Counted from the whole stretch's first letter, positions 11,149 to 22,495 are shown. The stretch: DNA of 63,983 nt, filler included, from Octopus bimaculoides (GCF_001194135.2; 6 parts of 6 records of this genome joined end to end with filler, not necessarily neighbours in it); one strand, 5' to 3'. Notes: generated from the sequence alone by a model not told the origin. Numbers and translations are program-made.

Positions 11149-11301
11149 ACTGATGCTGATGGAACTTGCTTGACCGCATATAGCTTAATGGGGACCAATG
11201 ATAATGCCATAGAATTTACAAAAGAGAAAGACCTTCTCAGTTGTTCTAACCGAGAGCATTACAATAATGCCATGCAGTCTGTGATGTACAATTCTCATTC
11301 T
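11149..11301 (+). CDS. LLTP exon 5
   Basis: tttcag|ACT...TCT|gtaagt; 153 nt, phase 0-0; TDADGTCLTAY (conserved xDxxGxCxTxY) ...KEKDLLSCSNREH. Confidence 0.94.
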
Positions 11302-12158
11302 GTAAGTAAATACATTTTTTTTTTCTGTGGTTACCGTACATGCATATAAACATACATACATGCATTCATATATACAGGTATACATATGGAGATACATATG
11401 TATACACATGTATAGCGTGAGGCATTATTGTATAGTAATGCCCTTATATAAATATAAATATATATTTCAGGAATAAATGATGGATTTTTTCCCTTATGAG
11501 GTTTTTTCNNNNNNNNNNTCAGGAATAAATGATGGATTTTTTCCCTTATGAGGTTTTTTCACGCTAGCTACTTGATAAATTCTTGTAAAAGAATTTGTCC
11601 TATTATTGAATTTACACATGTATATGTATACACATGTAAAAATAAAAATGTATTATATATGTTGATTTGTGCACATATACACATGCACTCACACACAAAT
11701 GTATACAGACATGCAGGAAGTAAATAGACACCTTTAATTTTCGAAATCTTTTATTTAATATTAATTGGTTGAAGGAGAGGTTTTCTTCTAGCTGCTCGTC
11801 CATAATACCCAAGCTTATGCAGATATGTAACACACGTTCTTGGACTAACTTCTAGCTGGAATGAAAAAGAATAATTACATTGTAAATTCTACACTGCTGA
11901 AAACATTAAGACACTTAGATCAAAAATTTTGAAATTTAAAGGTGTCTATTTACTTCCTGCATGTCTGAGTATACACATGTAAAAATAAGAATGTATCATA
12001 TATATGTTGATTTGTGCACATGCACACACACACACACACACAAAATGACTGTAGTGTAACTCCTATTTATGAGGTATAAACTCCCTGTTATTTTGGGTAT
12101 CTGAGTGAATATAAAATTTAATAAATGGAGTAATACGCATATGTTAAATGAATTCTTT

Positions 12159-12250
12159 TATTTCCGACATATGTTTCGAAGATTACAAATGGTTCCTTCC
12201 AAAGGAATGAGTGATGTTGATAAAGATGTAATCTTCTCTTCAGGGAAATA
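12159..12250 (-). ncRNA. Type I hammerhead ribozyme (GUC triplet)
   Basis: On - strand: stem I UAUUUCC, CUGAAGA, stem II GAAGAUUACA/UGUAAUCUUC, GAAAC-auau-GU, C17, GGAAAUA. Confidence 0.85.
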
Positions 12251-12311
12251 CATAAGAGCCAACTTAACTTACATTCGGTTAAAATGTATTGCGGTTAAGT
12301 TGGATCCTATG

Positions 12312-12403
12312 TATTTCCCTGAAGAGAAGATTACATTCTTATCAACATCACCTATTCCTATGGAAGGTATAATTTGTAATCTTCGAAACATATGTTGGAA
12401 ATA
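12312..12403 (+). ncRNA. Type I hammerhead ribozyme (GUU triplet), sense to LLTP pre-mRNA
   Basis: TATTTCC 12312-18, CTGAAGA 12319-25, GAAGATTACA 12326-35 / TGTAATCTTC 12375-84, GAAAC 12385-89, GT-T 12394-96, GGAAATA 12397-403. Confidence 0.82.
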
Positions 12404-12444
12404 AAAGAATTCATTTAACATATGCGTATTACTCCATTTATTAA

Positions 12445-12486
<42 letters not shown>

Positions 12487-12529
12487 TAAATAATGCTATG
12501 TATATATAAATCTTATGTGTTAATTGCAG

Positions 12530-12731
12530 GAAGTGAACTCTCTACCACTGCTCAAGGGTAGTTATAAATGCCATCAGAAAATAGATCCCTCATCAATGAT
12601 TTTGAAAAGGTCAGAATGTAAAGAAGAACAAGTCTTCAGACCATTTTCCAATGGTGACAGTGGAGCAATGACCGCAGTAACACAAACTTTGGTATTTACA
12701 GGCATTCACAAACCAGGACGTGCTGCAGAGG
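12530..12731 (+). CDS. LLTP exon 6
   Basis: ttgcag|GAA...GAGG|gtaagg; phase 0-1; EVNSLPLLKGSYKCHQKI...SECKEEQVFRPFSNGDSGAMTAVTQTLVF. Confidence 0.93.
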
Positions 12732-13078
12732 GTAAGGGCATATTGACTGCGTATTCCAAAGAAATATGTTCGCACATACAGGGTTGGCCAAAAGTCACCT
12801 GACAGTAAATCAAAACTATTTAATTCCAAGGCTTATTTATGTTTAACAACTGAATGAATTTAATTAATTAATTATGAAGCATCGAGAAAATTGTTCAAAC
12901 TGAAGTCCTTCCTGATCAACACGTTTTTGCATTTGAGTCAGTACATATTTACAGATAATATTTATGAAATTTTGGTTTACTGTGGGTGGCTTTTGGCCAA
13001 CCTTGTATATCCACATAACTATATAGTTTTACAATGTCCTCCTTTTGGTTATATATTTACATACACACACACACACAC

Positions 13079-13111
<33 letters not shown>

Positions 13112-13115
<4 letters not shown>

Positions 13116-13735
13116 TCATCATCATCATCATCATCATCATCTTTGTTTAATGTCCGTTTTCCATGCTGGCATGGGTTGGACAGTTTGACTGAGCCAGAAG
13201 GCTGCACCAGGCTCCAATATGATCTGGCAAAGTTTCTACAGCTGGATACCCTTCCTAATGCCAACCACTCTGAGAGTGTAGTGGGTGCTTTTACATGCCA
13301 CCAGCACGAGGGCCAGTCAGGCGGTACTGGCAACGACCATGCTCAAATGGTATTTTCTACGTGCCACCGGCACGTCAGCAGCACTGACAATAACCACGCA
13401 CGAATGGTGCTTTTTATGTGCCACCGGCACAGGAGCCAGTCAGCATCCCTCGCAACGATCATGCTCAGATGGTGCTTTTAACGCTCCACTGGCACAGGTG
13501 CCAATCAGGCGGTACTGTCATCAACCATGTCAGTGATTTTGATTTCACTTGCCTCAACAGGTCTTCACAAGCAAAGTTTATTGTCCAATGAAGGAAAGGT
13601 ACGCACAAGTGGGCTGGTTATACACCACTGGCATAGGCCACAGGTTATGGTCTCACTTGGCTTGCTGGGTCTTCTCAAGCACAGCATATCTCCAAAGGTC
13701 TCAGTCACTAGTCATTGCCTCGGTGAGGCCCACTG
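13112..13735 (-). mobile_element. RTE LINE 3' UTR copy in LLTP intron 6
   Basis: (CAT)n tail; right end is the reverse complement of gggcctcaccgaggc, the ORF2 end seen at 15090-15104. Confidence 0.85.
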
Positions 13736-14105
13736 TATGTTTGTGTGTAAGTGTGTATGCATCCACACATATAGGGTTAACATCTGATGCCTCTTATACC
13801 CAGTTTTCCTCTTAAATCATTTACACTCTCTCATGCATGTATACTGACATTACTCATCCATCAGAGCATGCTAGCTCCATTTCTTTCAAGCCTTCACAAC
13901 TCCTCTGTAGTCCAAGCCTACGATTCACTGCAATGTAACACAGCTTTACATACACAGGCATCATACAATCTGTCTTTCACTCTAAAGGAAAGGCCCTTAA
14001 TTACCAACAAAAGTAGAAGCTTTCAGAACATTACCCAGTCCATTCTTATCCTAACCATTACACTTTCAGACCTTCCTACACCACTGCTAACTTGGTCTTC
14101 TAGGT

Positions 14106-14402
14106 CAGGGGTTTTCAAACTTTTTGACTTGCGGACCCCTTTATATTTCAGGCTTTACCTTAGGGACCCCCTTATAAACGCTTATGAAATTTATGCATAA
14201 ATATTTGCTTAAAATAACATATATTTTTACATTTATTTATTTAACAGTATTTAACAAATAGGTTTATTGTCAATTAAAAGATTTCAATTAAAAGACATAT
14301 ATAAAATCAAATTGCCCATAAAAAGTATTTGCTGTCCAAGGACCCCCTGTCTTGTCTTTGCGGACCCCCTGTGGTCCACGGACCACAGTTTGAAAACCCA
14401 TG
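14106..14402. mobile_element. hAT (Charlie-like) MITE
   Basis: TIRs CAGGGGTTTTCAAAC / GTTTGAAAACCCATG (14/15); perfect 8-bp TSD TTCTAGGT at 14098-14105 and 14403-14410. Confidence 0.93.
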
Positions 14403-14484
14403 TTCTAGGTAACAGAAGCTATCTTCTACTTCTGTTTGAGGGAGGCTAAATGCTACAGTTTACCTCTTTATTTTTCTTTTGCAG

Positions 14485-14740
14485 AAGGTTTCAGTCATAG
14501 AACCACTTTGATATTTGAACATGAACATAATGCAGTGAACCAGCATGAAGCTAAACAAGAAATTCAAGCCAACCTTCTGGATTTCTGTAAAAACATGGAC
14601 TCATCCATTGGTGAAGGATTTACTGAAAAGATGAACGAGCTGATTGAATACATCAAAGAGGCAGATTATGACACACTCCGAAAAGTTTACAACACTATCT
14701 CCAGAAGCAGCTTCTGTCAAAAGAACAGTGAACGAACCAA
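14485..14740 (+). CDS. LLTP exon 7 (start of helical domain); gene incomplete downstream
   Basis: ttttgcag|AA...CAA|gttagt; phase 1-2; GFSHRTTLIFEHE...LLDFCK...LIEYIKEADYDTLRKVY...C. Exons 1-7 total 1109 nt in one open frame. Confidence 0.92.
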
Positions 14741-14789
14741 GTTAGTAGTGGACATGCTTTTCGTTTTTTTTTTTGTTTTTGTTTTTAGA

Positions 14790-16400
14790 AGGTGGCGGTG
14801 GTATTCATGTGAGCTGGAGTGCAATAGTGATTGATGGATGCTCCGTTGGATGTGTAATGTCAATGTGAATACCCGTCAGAGTGTAAGTAACTTGAGAGAA
14901 AAGCTGAACATTAGAAGCATCAGTTGTGGCGTGCAAGAGAGACGATTGCGCTGGTATGGACATGTGGTGAGAATGGATGTGGATAGCTGCGTGAAAAAGT
15001 GCCACACCCTAACAGTTGAGGGAACCCGTGGAAGAGGTAGGCCCAGGAAGACCTGGGCTGAGGTGGTGAGGCAAGACCTTCGTACATTGGGCCTCACCGA
15101 GGCGNNNNNNNNNNNNNNNNNNNNNNNNNNNNNNNNNNNNNNNNNNNNNNNNNNNNNNNNNNNNNNNNNNNNNNNNNNNNNNNNNNNNNNNNNNNNNNNN
15201 NNNNNNNNNNNNNNNNNNNNNNNNNNNNNNNNNNNNNNNNNNNNNNNNNNNNNNNNNNNNNNNNNNNNNNNNNNNNNNNNNNNNNNNNNNNNNNNNNNNN
15301 NNNNNNNNNNNNNNNNNNNNNNNNNNNNNNNNNNNNNNNNNNNNNNNNNNNNNNNNNNNNNNNNNNNNNNNNNNNNNNNNNNNNNNNNNNNNNNNNNNNN
15401 NNNNNNNNNNNNNNNNNNNNNNNNNNNNNNNNNNNNNNNNNNNNNNNNNNNNNNNNNNNNNNNNNNNNNNNNNNNNNNNNNNNNNNNNNNNNNNNNNNNN
15501 NNNNNNNNNNNNNNNNNNNNNNNNNNNNNNNNNNNNNNNNNNNNNNNNNNNNNNNNNNNNNNNNNNNNNNNNNNNNNNNNNNNNNNNNNNNNNNNNNNNN
15601 NNNNNNNNNNNNNNNNNNNNNNNNNNNNNNNNNNNNNNNNNNNNNNNNNNNNNNNNNNNNNNNNNNNNNNNNNNNNNNNNNNNNNNNNNNNNNNNNNNNN
15701 NNNNNNNNNNNNNNNNNNNNNNNNNNNNNNNNNNNNNNNNNNNNNNNNNNNNNNNNNNNNNNNNNNNNNNNNNNNNNNNNNNNNNNNNNNNNNNNNNNNN
15801 NNNNNNNNNNNNNNNNNNNNNNNNNNNNNNNNNNNNNNNNNNNNNNNNNNNNNNNNNNNNNNNNNNNNNNNNNNNNNNNNNNNNNNNNNNNNNNNNNNNN
15901 NNNNNNNNNNNNNNNNNNNNNNNNNNNNNNNNNNNNNNCATACTTAAACACATAATACACAAACAAAACATATTGAACTGTATATACATATAACACACAC
16001 ACACACACACACACACACATGCAGTGGAGCGCTAACAGTAGCGTGATCATTGCCAGAGCAGCTGTCTGGCTTCCGCGCCGGTGGCACGTAAATAGCACCA
16101 TTTGAGCGTGATCATGACCAGCGTCGCCTTACTGGCACTTGTGTCGGTGGCATGTAAAAAAAACATTCAAGCGAAGTCGTTGCCAGTACCTCTGGACTGG
16201 CCCTCGTGCCGGTGGCACATAAAAACATCCACTACACTCTGGGAGTGGTTGGCATTAGGAAGGGCATCCAGCTGTAGAAACTCTGCCAGATCAGATTGGA
16301 GCCTGGTGCAGCCATCTGGTTTCACCAGTCTTCAGTCAAACCGTCCAACCCATGCTAGCATGGAAAGCAGACGTTAAACGATGATGATGAGGATGAGGAT
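14790..16400 (+). mobile_element. RTE LINE 3' end (ORF2 C-terminus, gap, 3' UTR, (GAT)n tail)
   Basis: MLRWMC...RRLRWYGHVVRM...GRGRPRKTW at 14838-15104; UTR with ggttggcattaggaagggcatccagctgtag and gatgatgat tail at about 16020-16400. Confidence 0.88.
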
Positions 16401-16595
16401 GATATACGTGTGTGTGTGTGTGTGTGTGTGTGTTTATGTTGTATATTCAGCTGTAGAACCTCTGCCAAATCAAATTGGAGCCTGGTGCAGCCTTCTGGTT
16501 TCACCAGTCCTCAATCAAACCGTCCAACCCATGCTAGCATGGAAAGCAGACGTTAAATGATGATGATGATGATGATATACGTGTGTGTAGGTGTT

Positions 16596-16695
16596 NNNNN
16601 NNNNNNNNNNNNNNNNNNNNNNNNNNNNNNNNNNNNNNNTTAATTAATTAANNNNNNNNNNNNNNNNNNNNNNNNNNNNNNNNNNNNNNNNNNNN
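16596..16695. other. Assembly join spacer 44N-TTAATTAATTAA-44N (also about 23186, 30371, 49587, 58089)
   Basis: Identical 12-mer centred in 100-nt N blocks five times; the 12-mer has stops in all six frames. Confidence 0.9.
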
Positions 16696-17499
16696 AGCTG
16701 GAGGAGATGTCCTCCTGGGGCTAAAAGCAACAGTAACATCCACCCCTAGGGGTCAGCCACACTTAAGTGGCAATATACTACACTTTATCGTGCAGTTACT
16801 GTTAATACTTCATTTAGAGAATTAACATTGCTTATATATATATATATATATGTATAAACACATACACTCACATATATGTATACTTACATCCATACTTATA
16901 TACATAATGTTTTTTGTAGAATGCAGACACATGTATAGTAAACGCCCTAACATATGTAAAACTATAGGGAATGACACAAAAAACAAATTAACAATCTTAT
17001 GATAATTGACAGAAGTGTCAAATTAGATCTCTGGAAACCCAGCCATGGAATAAAAAAAAACATTTTCCTGACATACACCCAGATCATAGAATATTATTTA
17101 GGGAATATCAATGAGCATGAAAGAATTGAAGGCTATATACAATTTCAAGACAATGGATTAATTAATTATATTAGTATATCGGTTGCTGGTGCTCCAGTAT
17201 GGCTTTATGTGACACCAAAAACAAACTAAAGTTCTGTAGAACATAACAGTTTAGAACTTCCTAGGTTTGCAGTTGTATTGGAACAGTTGCTATCCTTTTC
17301 ATATCGTTTGTGTTGCCTGCAAATTACAAAATTTTAGTTGTTCAAACTCATAATATTCTCAGACAAGTGGGTATTGAAAATCAGTCTCTGAACCTCGCGC
17401 ACACACACACAGCTATAGTAATACAGAGGGGATCAAATAGAGCTTGGCAAATTAACTTTAAACACCCCTGTTTATCTTTGGTTAAACAGATTACTCTGT

Positions 17500-17723
17500 C
17501 TCTTTTACTTGTTTCAGTCATTTGACTGCGGCCATGCTGGAGCACTGCCTTTAGTCGAGCAAATCAACCCCAGGACTTATTCTTTATAAGCCTTGTATTT
17601 ATTCTATCAGTCTCTTTTGCCAAACCACTAAGTTACGGAGACGTAAACACACCACCATCGGTTGTCAAGCAATGCTGGGGGGACAAACACAGACACACAA
17701 ACATACACACACACACATACATA

Positions 17724-17756
<33 letters not shown>

Positions 17757-17918
17757 GACGGGCTTCTTTCAGTTTCCGTCTACCAAATCCATTCACAAGG
17801 CTTTGGTCGTCCCGAGGCTATAGTAGAAGACACTTGCCCAAGGTGCCACACAGTGGGAATGAACCCGGAACCATGTGGTTGGTAAGCAAGCTACTTACCA
17901 CACAGCCACTCCTGCACC
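17500..17918 (-). mobile_element. SINE family A
   Basis: Full-length copy. Confidence 0.85.
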
Positions 17919-18419
17919 TGTCAAAAAGTATTCTAATTCAACTTCTCAATCCAGCAACCTATACAGAGTTAAACAATTGTTCACTGATTCTAGGTATCCT
18001 GCAAATCCATGCATGCATCAAAAGTATTACTAATGCATTTAATGTACCATAATATTTAGTAAACAAAAACGAATGGCTAATTCAAAACATCACTACACAT
18101 GTTTCAGCAGCATGGCTTATTCAAAATATAGTTTACAAGCAGAAAAACCCATTGTTGACTAGGTTCAGAAAGAGTCTTCAAAAATTATACTCTGATTTAT
18201 GAAAGTTACTGCTTCAATATTATTGAATGTTTTGTAGCGGAATATCTGCAGGCTCTTATTGCCAGGTTTTGGCCCAAAAAGTTATAACATTTTACTAATG
18301 GGTCTGCTGATAGTCAGTCTCTTCAGCTCTTTCTCTTTTCCTATGCTGAGATTGCTTAAGTAGTCCAAATATAATTTTTTTCGGAGGTATTGTAGTAGGG
18401 TGAATTAATCAATAAGACA

Positions 18420-18655
18420 AGGGACTTAACTCATGTTAGCAAACTTACAGATTTCTCTGACATGAAAATTGTTAAAAGTTATGGTCGAAAAGCTATTTTT
18501 ACTGCTATCCAGGGGTGTCTCGGGAAAAATAAGTTGACAACAGCACAGCCATGGTTGTGACCAATGTCCTCCTAAAATTGGAGCAGCATGCATGCTAATT
18601 TGTGGACGTGCATAAAGTACATACACACACACATCCTGCCTTTTATAGATATAGA
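18420..18655 (-). mobile_element. Helitron-like 5' terminal fragment
   Basis: - strand begins a|TCTATATCTATAAAAGG followed by (GT)n, a typical non-autonomous Helitron 5' end. 3' end not found. Confidence 0.5.
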
Positions 18656-19032
18656 TAAGATAACATTATGTAATTTCGTATTGTTATGTAACCATTCCAT
18701 TTCTTCAGGTGATATTTTGCAAAATACTTCCAAAATATTTGGTAGAATATTGCCTTAAGAAATTTAGGTTGATTTCTTGTAAGCTTTTGACGTGAGCAAC
18801 AGACATGCTCAGAAAATCATTGGCAAGTTGGGCTGCCCATCAATGATTTTTGATTTGTCAGAATACACACTGCTATAAAAGTCTATTTAACTCAAATCAT
18901 GTTCTATTGAAACCTATTCAAGTGGACTGGAATAATTCTGAACAGCATGATATCCCTGCGTCAAACCTCTGTGCAAATCAATGCACGTGTAGTGATGGTT
19001 TGAAGTATCCATTCATTTATGTTTACTATATA

Positions 19033-19900
19033 CTAGCAGAGATACCCGGCATTGCTTGGGATTAAAATGCACTTTCCTGTATCACCTGTTGAAACAGTTG
19101 ATACAGAAAAGTGCAGCATTGACAACAAAACATTTGTGGAGTAAATGACAATTTGAGTTTAGCTCACCAATTTGGACAGAATTATAAATTTTATAAGAAT
19201 GGGAGGGATCAAATCTAAAAGCAGCTCCAGGTGTTGTGAAAAATGAATTTGTACATGGTCTGTTTTGGAGAGCTATTCTATTGGACCTCTGTGTAATCTG
19301 GCATGCTAAACATTGTTTTAATGATTCAGCGTTAAGTACTGCAGCATGCCTTTACTGATCTTAGGAAAGTCTCATCTCTCTTCCCTCTTGAGACTCCATC
19401 TGATGTGCCGCAGCACACCTTTGCTGATCATGAGAAAGTCTCATCTACCTTCTGTTTTGAAACTCAATTTGATATGCTGCAATATGTCTTTGGCGATCTT
19501 GAGAAAGTCTCATCTCTCTTCTCTCTTGAAACTCCATTTGATGTGCTGCAGCACACCTTTGGTGATCTTGAGAAAGTCTCATCTCCCTTCTTGTCTTGGG
19601 ACTTCATCAGACGTGCTGCAGCATGCTTTTTGCTGATGTTGAGAAAGTCTCATCTCCCTTCCCTCTTGAGACTGTATTTGATCTGCTGCAGCATGTGTTT
19701 GGTGATCTTTAGAAAGTGTCATGTCCCTTCTGTATTGAGACTCCATCTAACGTGCTACAGCATGCCTTTGCTGACGTTGAGAAAGTCTCATGTCAGTGTA
19801 AAGTAGCCAAATATCAGCAAATTGTAAATACCTTGCAACTGCTGCAATAATTATGAATTGTTAATGGTACAGTAGATGTGTATTTTTATATAACTTGGAC
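19033..19900 (-). mobile_element. Internally deleted Helitron (may extend to about 21010)
   Basis: 3' end CCCAAGCAATGCCGGG hairpin + CTAG|T at 19033-19060; RepHel N-terminal remnant AAFRFDPSHSYKIYNSVQIGELNSNC (19227-19146); 23-aa repeats. Confidence 0.8.
19341..19795 (-). repeat. 69-bp tandem repeat, about 6.5-7 units
   Basis: gaaagtctcatct recurs at 19365, 19434, 19503, 19572, 19643, 19712 and 19781. The - strand reads EMRLSQDHQRCAAAHQMEFQERR per unit. Confidence 0.95.
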
Positions 19901-21010
19901 CTTCCATGTAATTGTTTTTTGTCAAGAGTTTGTGTAGATGTATGTGTGTTTAACAACGGAGGTAACAGGCATGCAAACACACACACACTCACAGACACAT
20001 ACACATTCATATAAAAAATGTGACGATATGCACACATACTCTCACATACAGACAGATACATAGAGTAAGAGAGACACATACAGACATACATTCAAGCATG
20101 TCAGTCGTTACATGTATATATATATGTGTAGATGTGTGTTTAACACACCTGACATGGAAACACACAGTCAGACAGACATATNNNNNNNNNNNNNNNNNNN
20201 NNNNNNNNNNNNNNNNNNNNNNNNNNNNNNNNNNNNNNNNNNNNNNNNNNNNNNNNNNNNNNNNNNNNNNNNNNNNNNNNNNNNNNNNNNNNNNNNNNNN
20301 NNNNNNNNNNNNNNNNNNNNNNNNNNNNNNNNNNNNTAGATGTGTGTTTAACACACCTGACATGGAAACACACAGTCAGACAGACATATACACTCATATA
20401 CCCACACACATACACTCAGAGGTACATACACACTCATATATGTGACGTTGTTGTCATGGTTTGAAATGTCCGTTACTATCTCATACTCATCGAATACGCA
20501 AACACACACACAAAAGTGAAAAAATAAAAGTGAAGCAATATTGCACAACGGTTTTCGATAGAGGGAGAAATGTAAATAGTGTATTTAAATAGATGGAGTG
20601 CAGAAAATCTAAAATAAGTAAAATAGTGTTGTAGGAAGAATATACAAATAGTGTGAAGCCAAAGATATTTACACCCTACGAAACTGAAATACACTGACGT
20701 CAATTTTCAGAGAGAGAGAGAGATCTATATATGTAAAAGTGCAAAACAGAAAAAGCGATAAAGAGAGAGAGAGAAAGGTGAGAGAATCAAAGGGAGAGAA
20801 TTGGTTGAAAACTGCAGCTTTTTAGAGAAAACAGGTGAAAATCTTTTTTCACAGTCAGTTTGTCACATTATGCAGGAGCTCTGAGCAAAATGTTATAGTG
20901 CATGACCATTCATGGCACATAAGTAATGTGTAAAGTTTGGTGAAAACCGATTAAAAAACTGCAAAAATGCAAATGTATTACACACACAGACACAGATATA
21001 CACTTTCTTT

Positions 21011-21137
21011 CAAATCCACACACAAAGCTTTGCAGCCTGAGGCTATAGTAGAAGATAGTTGCCCAAGGTGCTACACAGTGGGACTGAATTTGGAACTATG
21101 TGTTTGAGGAGCAAGCTTCTTACCACATAGCCATTCC
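21011..21137 (-). mobile_element. SINE family A head
   Basis: 5' half only. Confidence 0.7.
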
Positions 21138-21302
21138 AGTCCACTTGAACAGGTTTCAATAGAGCATGGTTTGAGTTAAATCAACTTTTATAATAGTGTT
21201 TAGTTGGACAAACAAATCAGCAAACATTGGTGGGCAGCCCAGCTTGTTAAAGATTCTCAGAGCATTTCTATTGCTTATGTCAAAAGCTTTGATGAGATCA
21301 AC

Positions 21303-21540
21303 CTAAACTTGATTAGTGGAAAGCCTCTGTTCTATGCATATCTCAGGTAATGCCCTACCAAATCTAAATGCACATTGTGACTCTGGGTCATTGATGAAGC
21401 ATATGCATGTTTGCACTTCATTCAATAAAAGTCTGGTAAATATCTTACTAACAATTAGAAGCAAGGAAATACCATGAAAATTATGATTAGACTCAACACT
21501 TTTCTCTTGTACAGTGAAATCAGTATGGCATCTCTCCAAT
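21303..21540 (-). mobile_element. Degraded RTE RT remnant
   Basis: NFHGISLLLIVSKIFTRLLLN...PESQCAFRFGR. Confidence 0.75.
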
Positions 21541-21787
21541 CCTGTGGAACTGGAGAGCTTTACTGTATGTTGACAGCTAAGTCACAAGATCAATCAGTAC
21601 ATCACTGCTGAATAACCTTATCTGCAATCTCATCAACTCTTGTTTTTCTTATGTTCATTTATATGAAACTCTGTTTGTCACTCACCTCTTAATATATATT
21701 GTTGGTTTGTTTACAACTCATTAGTGTTGCCACTCAGAAAAATGAAATTGATTAATCAAGTACTGGAATTGATTTGATTGATGAGAC

Positions 21788-22136
21788 CAGTGGTTCTCAA
21801 CTGGGGTCTTTATGGCCCCTGAGGGTCCATATAAGACTTTTGGGGGTCCAGACAATAAAATAGTAAATTGGGGACCCACTATAGTATTTTAATGGCCCCT
21901 GAAAAAATTTTGTTTTCGATGTATGTATTGGTGTGTATTGCAAGAAACAGCTAGAGTTCTTTCTCTAACATTTAACATAGTCCAACTTACGCAAGTTAAT
22001 GTGTGAAAAACAAAATAGGAATGTTGAAAGCAGTATCTATAAAACTAGTTTCTAAACATCAAATGGCTCTGGGGGTCCACCGGAATAAAATAGTAATCAA
22101 AGGGGTCTGTTGATAAAAGACAGTTGAGAAACCCTG
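21788..22136. mobile_element. hAT MITE (older)
   Basis: TIRs CAGTGGTTCTCAAC / GTTGAGAAACCCTG (12/14); decayed 8-bp TSD (GATGAGAC vs GATTAGGT). Confidence 0.75.
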
Positions 22137-22203
22137 GATTAGGTTCTTCAAGATGTGCCCAGGCATGGCTGCAGCAAAATCACTGAAATAACTAAAAGGA
22201 TAA

Positions 22204-22260
<57 letters not shown>

Positions 22261-22279
22261 CATGCACGTGTATGCATAA

Positions 22280-22495
22280 TGTGTGTGTATCTTTGTGCCT
22301 GTGTTTGTCCAGCCCTCCCACTACCACTTGATGCCCAATACTGGTGTGTTTATGTCCCAGTAACTTTGTTGTTTGGCAAAAGAGACCGATAGAATAAATA
22401 GCAGGCTTTAAAAAAAAGTAAGTACTGGTGTTGATTCATTCAGCTAAAACTTCTTCAAGGTGGTGCGCCCATCTAACGACTGGAACAAGTAAAGG
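22280..22495 (+). mobile_element. SINE family A 3' half
   Basis: aaagagaccgatagaataa...ggtggtgc...gactggaacaagtaaagga. Confidence 0.7.

Larger units (their letters stand above)
12110..12452. repeat. Long palindrome (159-bp arms, 25-nt spacer) in LLTP intron 5
   Basis: 12110-12268 is the reverse complement of 12294-12452, with about 12 mismatches by manual alignment. Confidence 0.95.

Noticed and set aside
11467-11560. Exact 42-bp direct repeat around a 10-N gap
   Set aside because: Typical unmerged contig overlap.
8895-14834. ORF-track calls 8895..9125, 12524..12802 and 14436..14834 as separate genes
   Set aside because: They are internal exons of one spliced gene with intronic overhangs.
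16640-16651. Recurring TTAATTAATTAA (also 23186, 30371, 49587, 58089)
   Set aside because: Always centred in a 100-nt N block, so it is an assembly spacer rather than a biological motif.
19346-19806. Plus-strand Leu/Cys-rich repetitive ORFs, or a CRISPR-like array
   Set aside because: Units are contiguous 69-mers without unique spacers. The meaningful frame is the - strand Helitron remnant.
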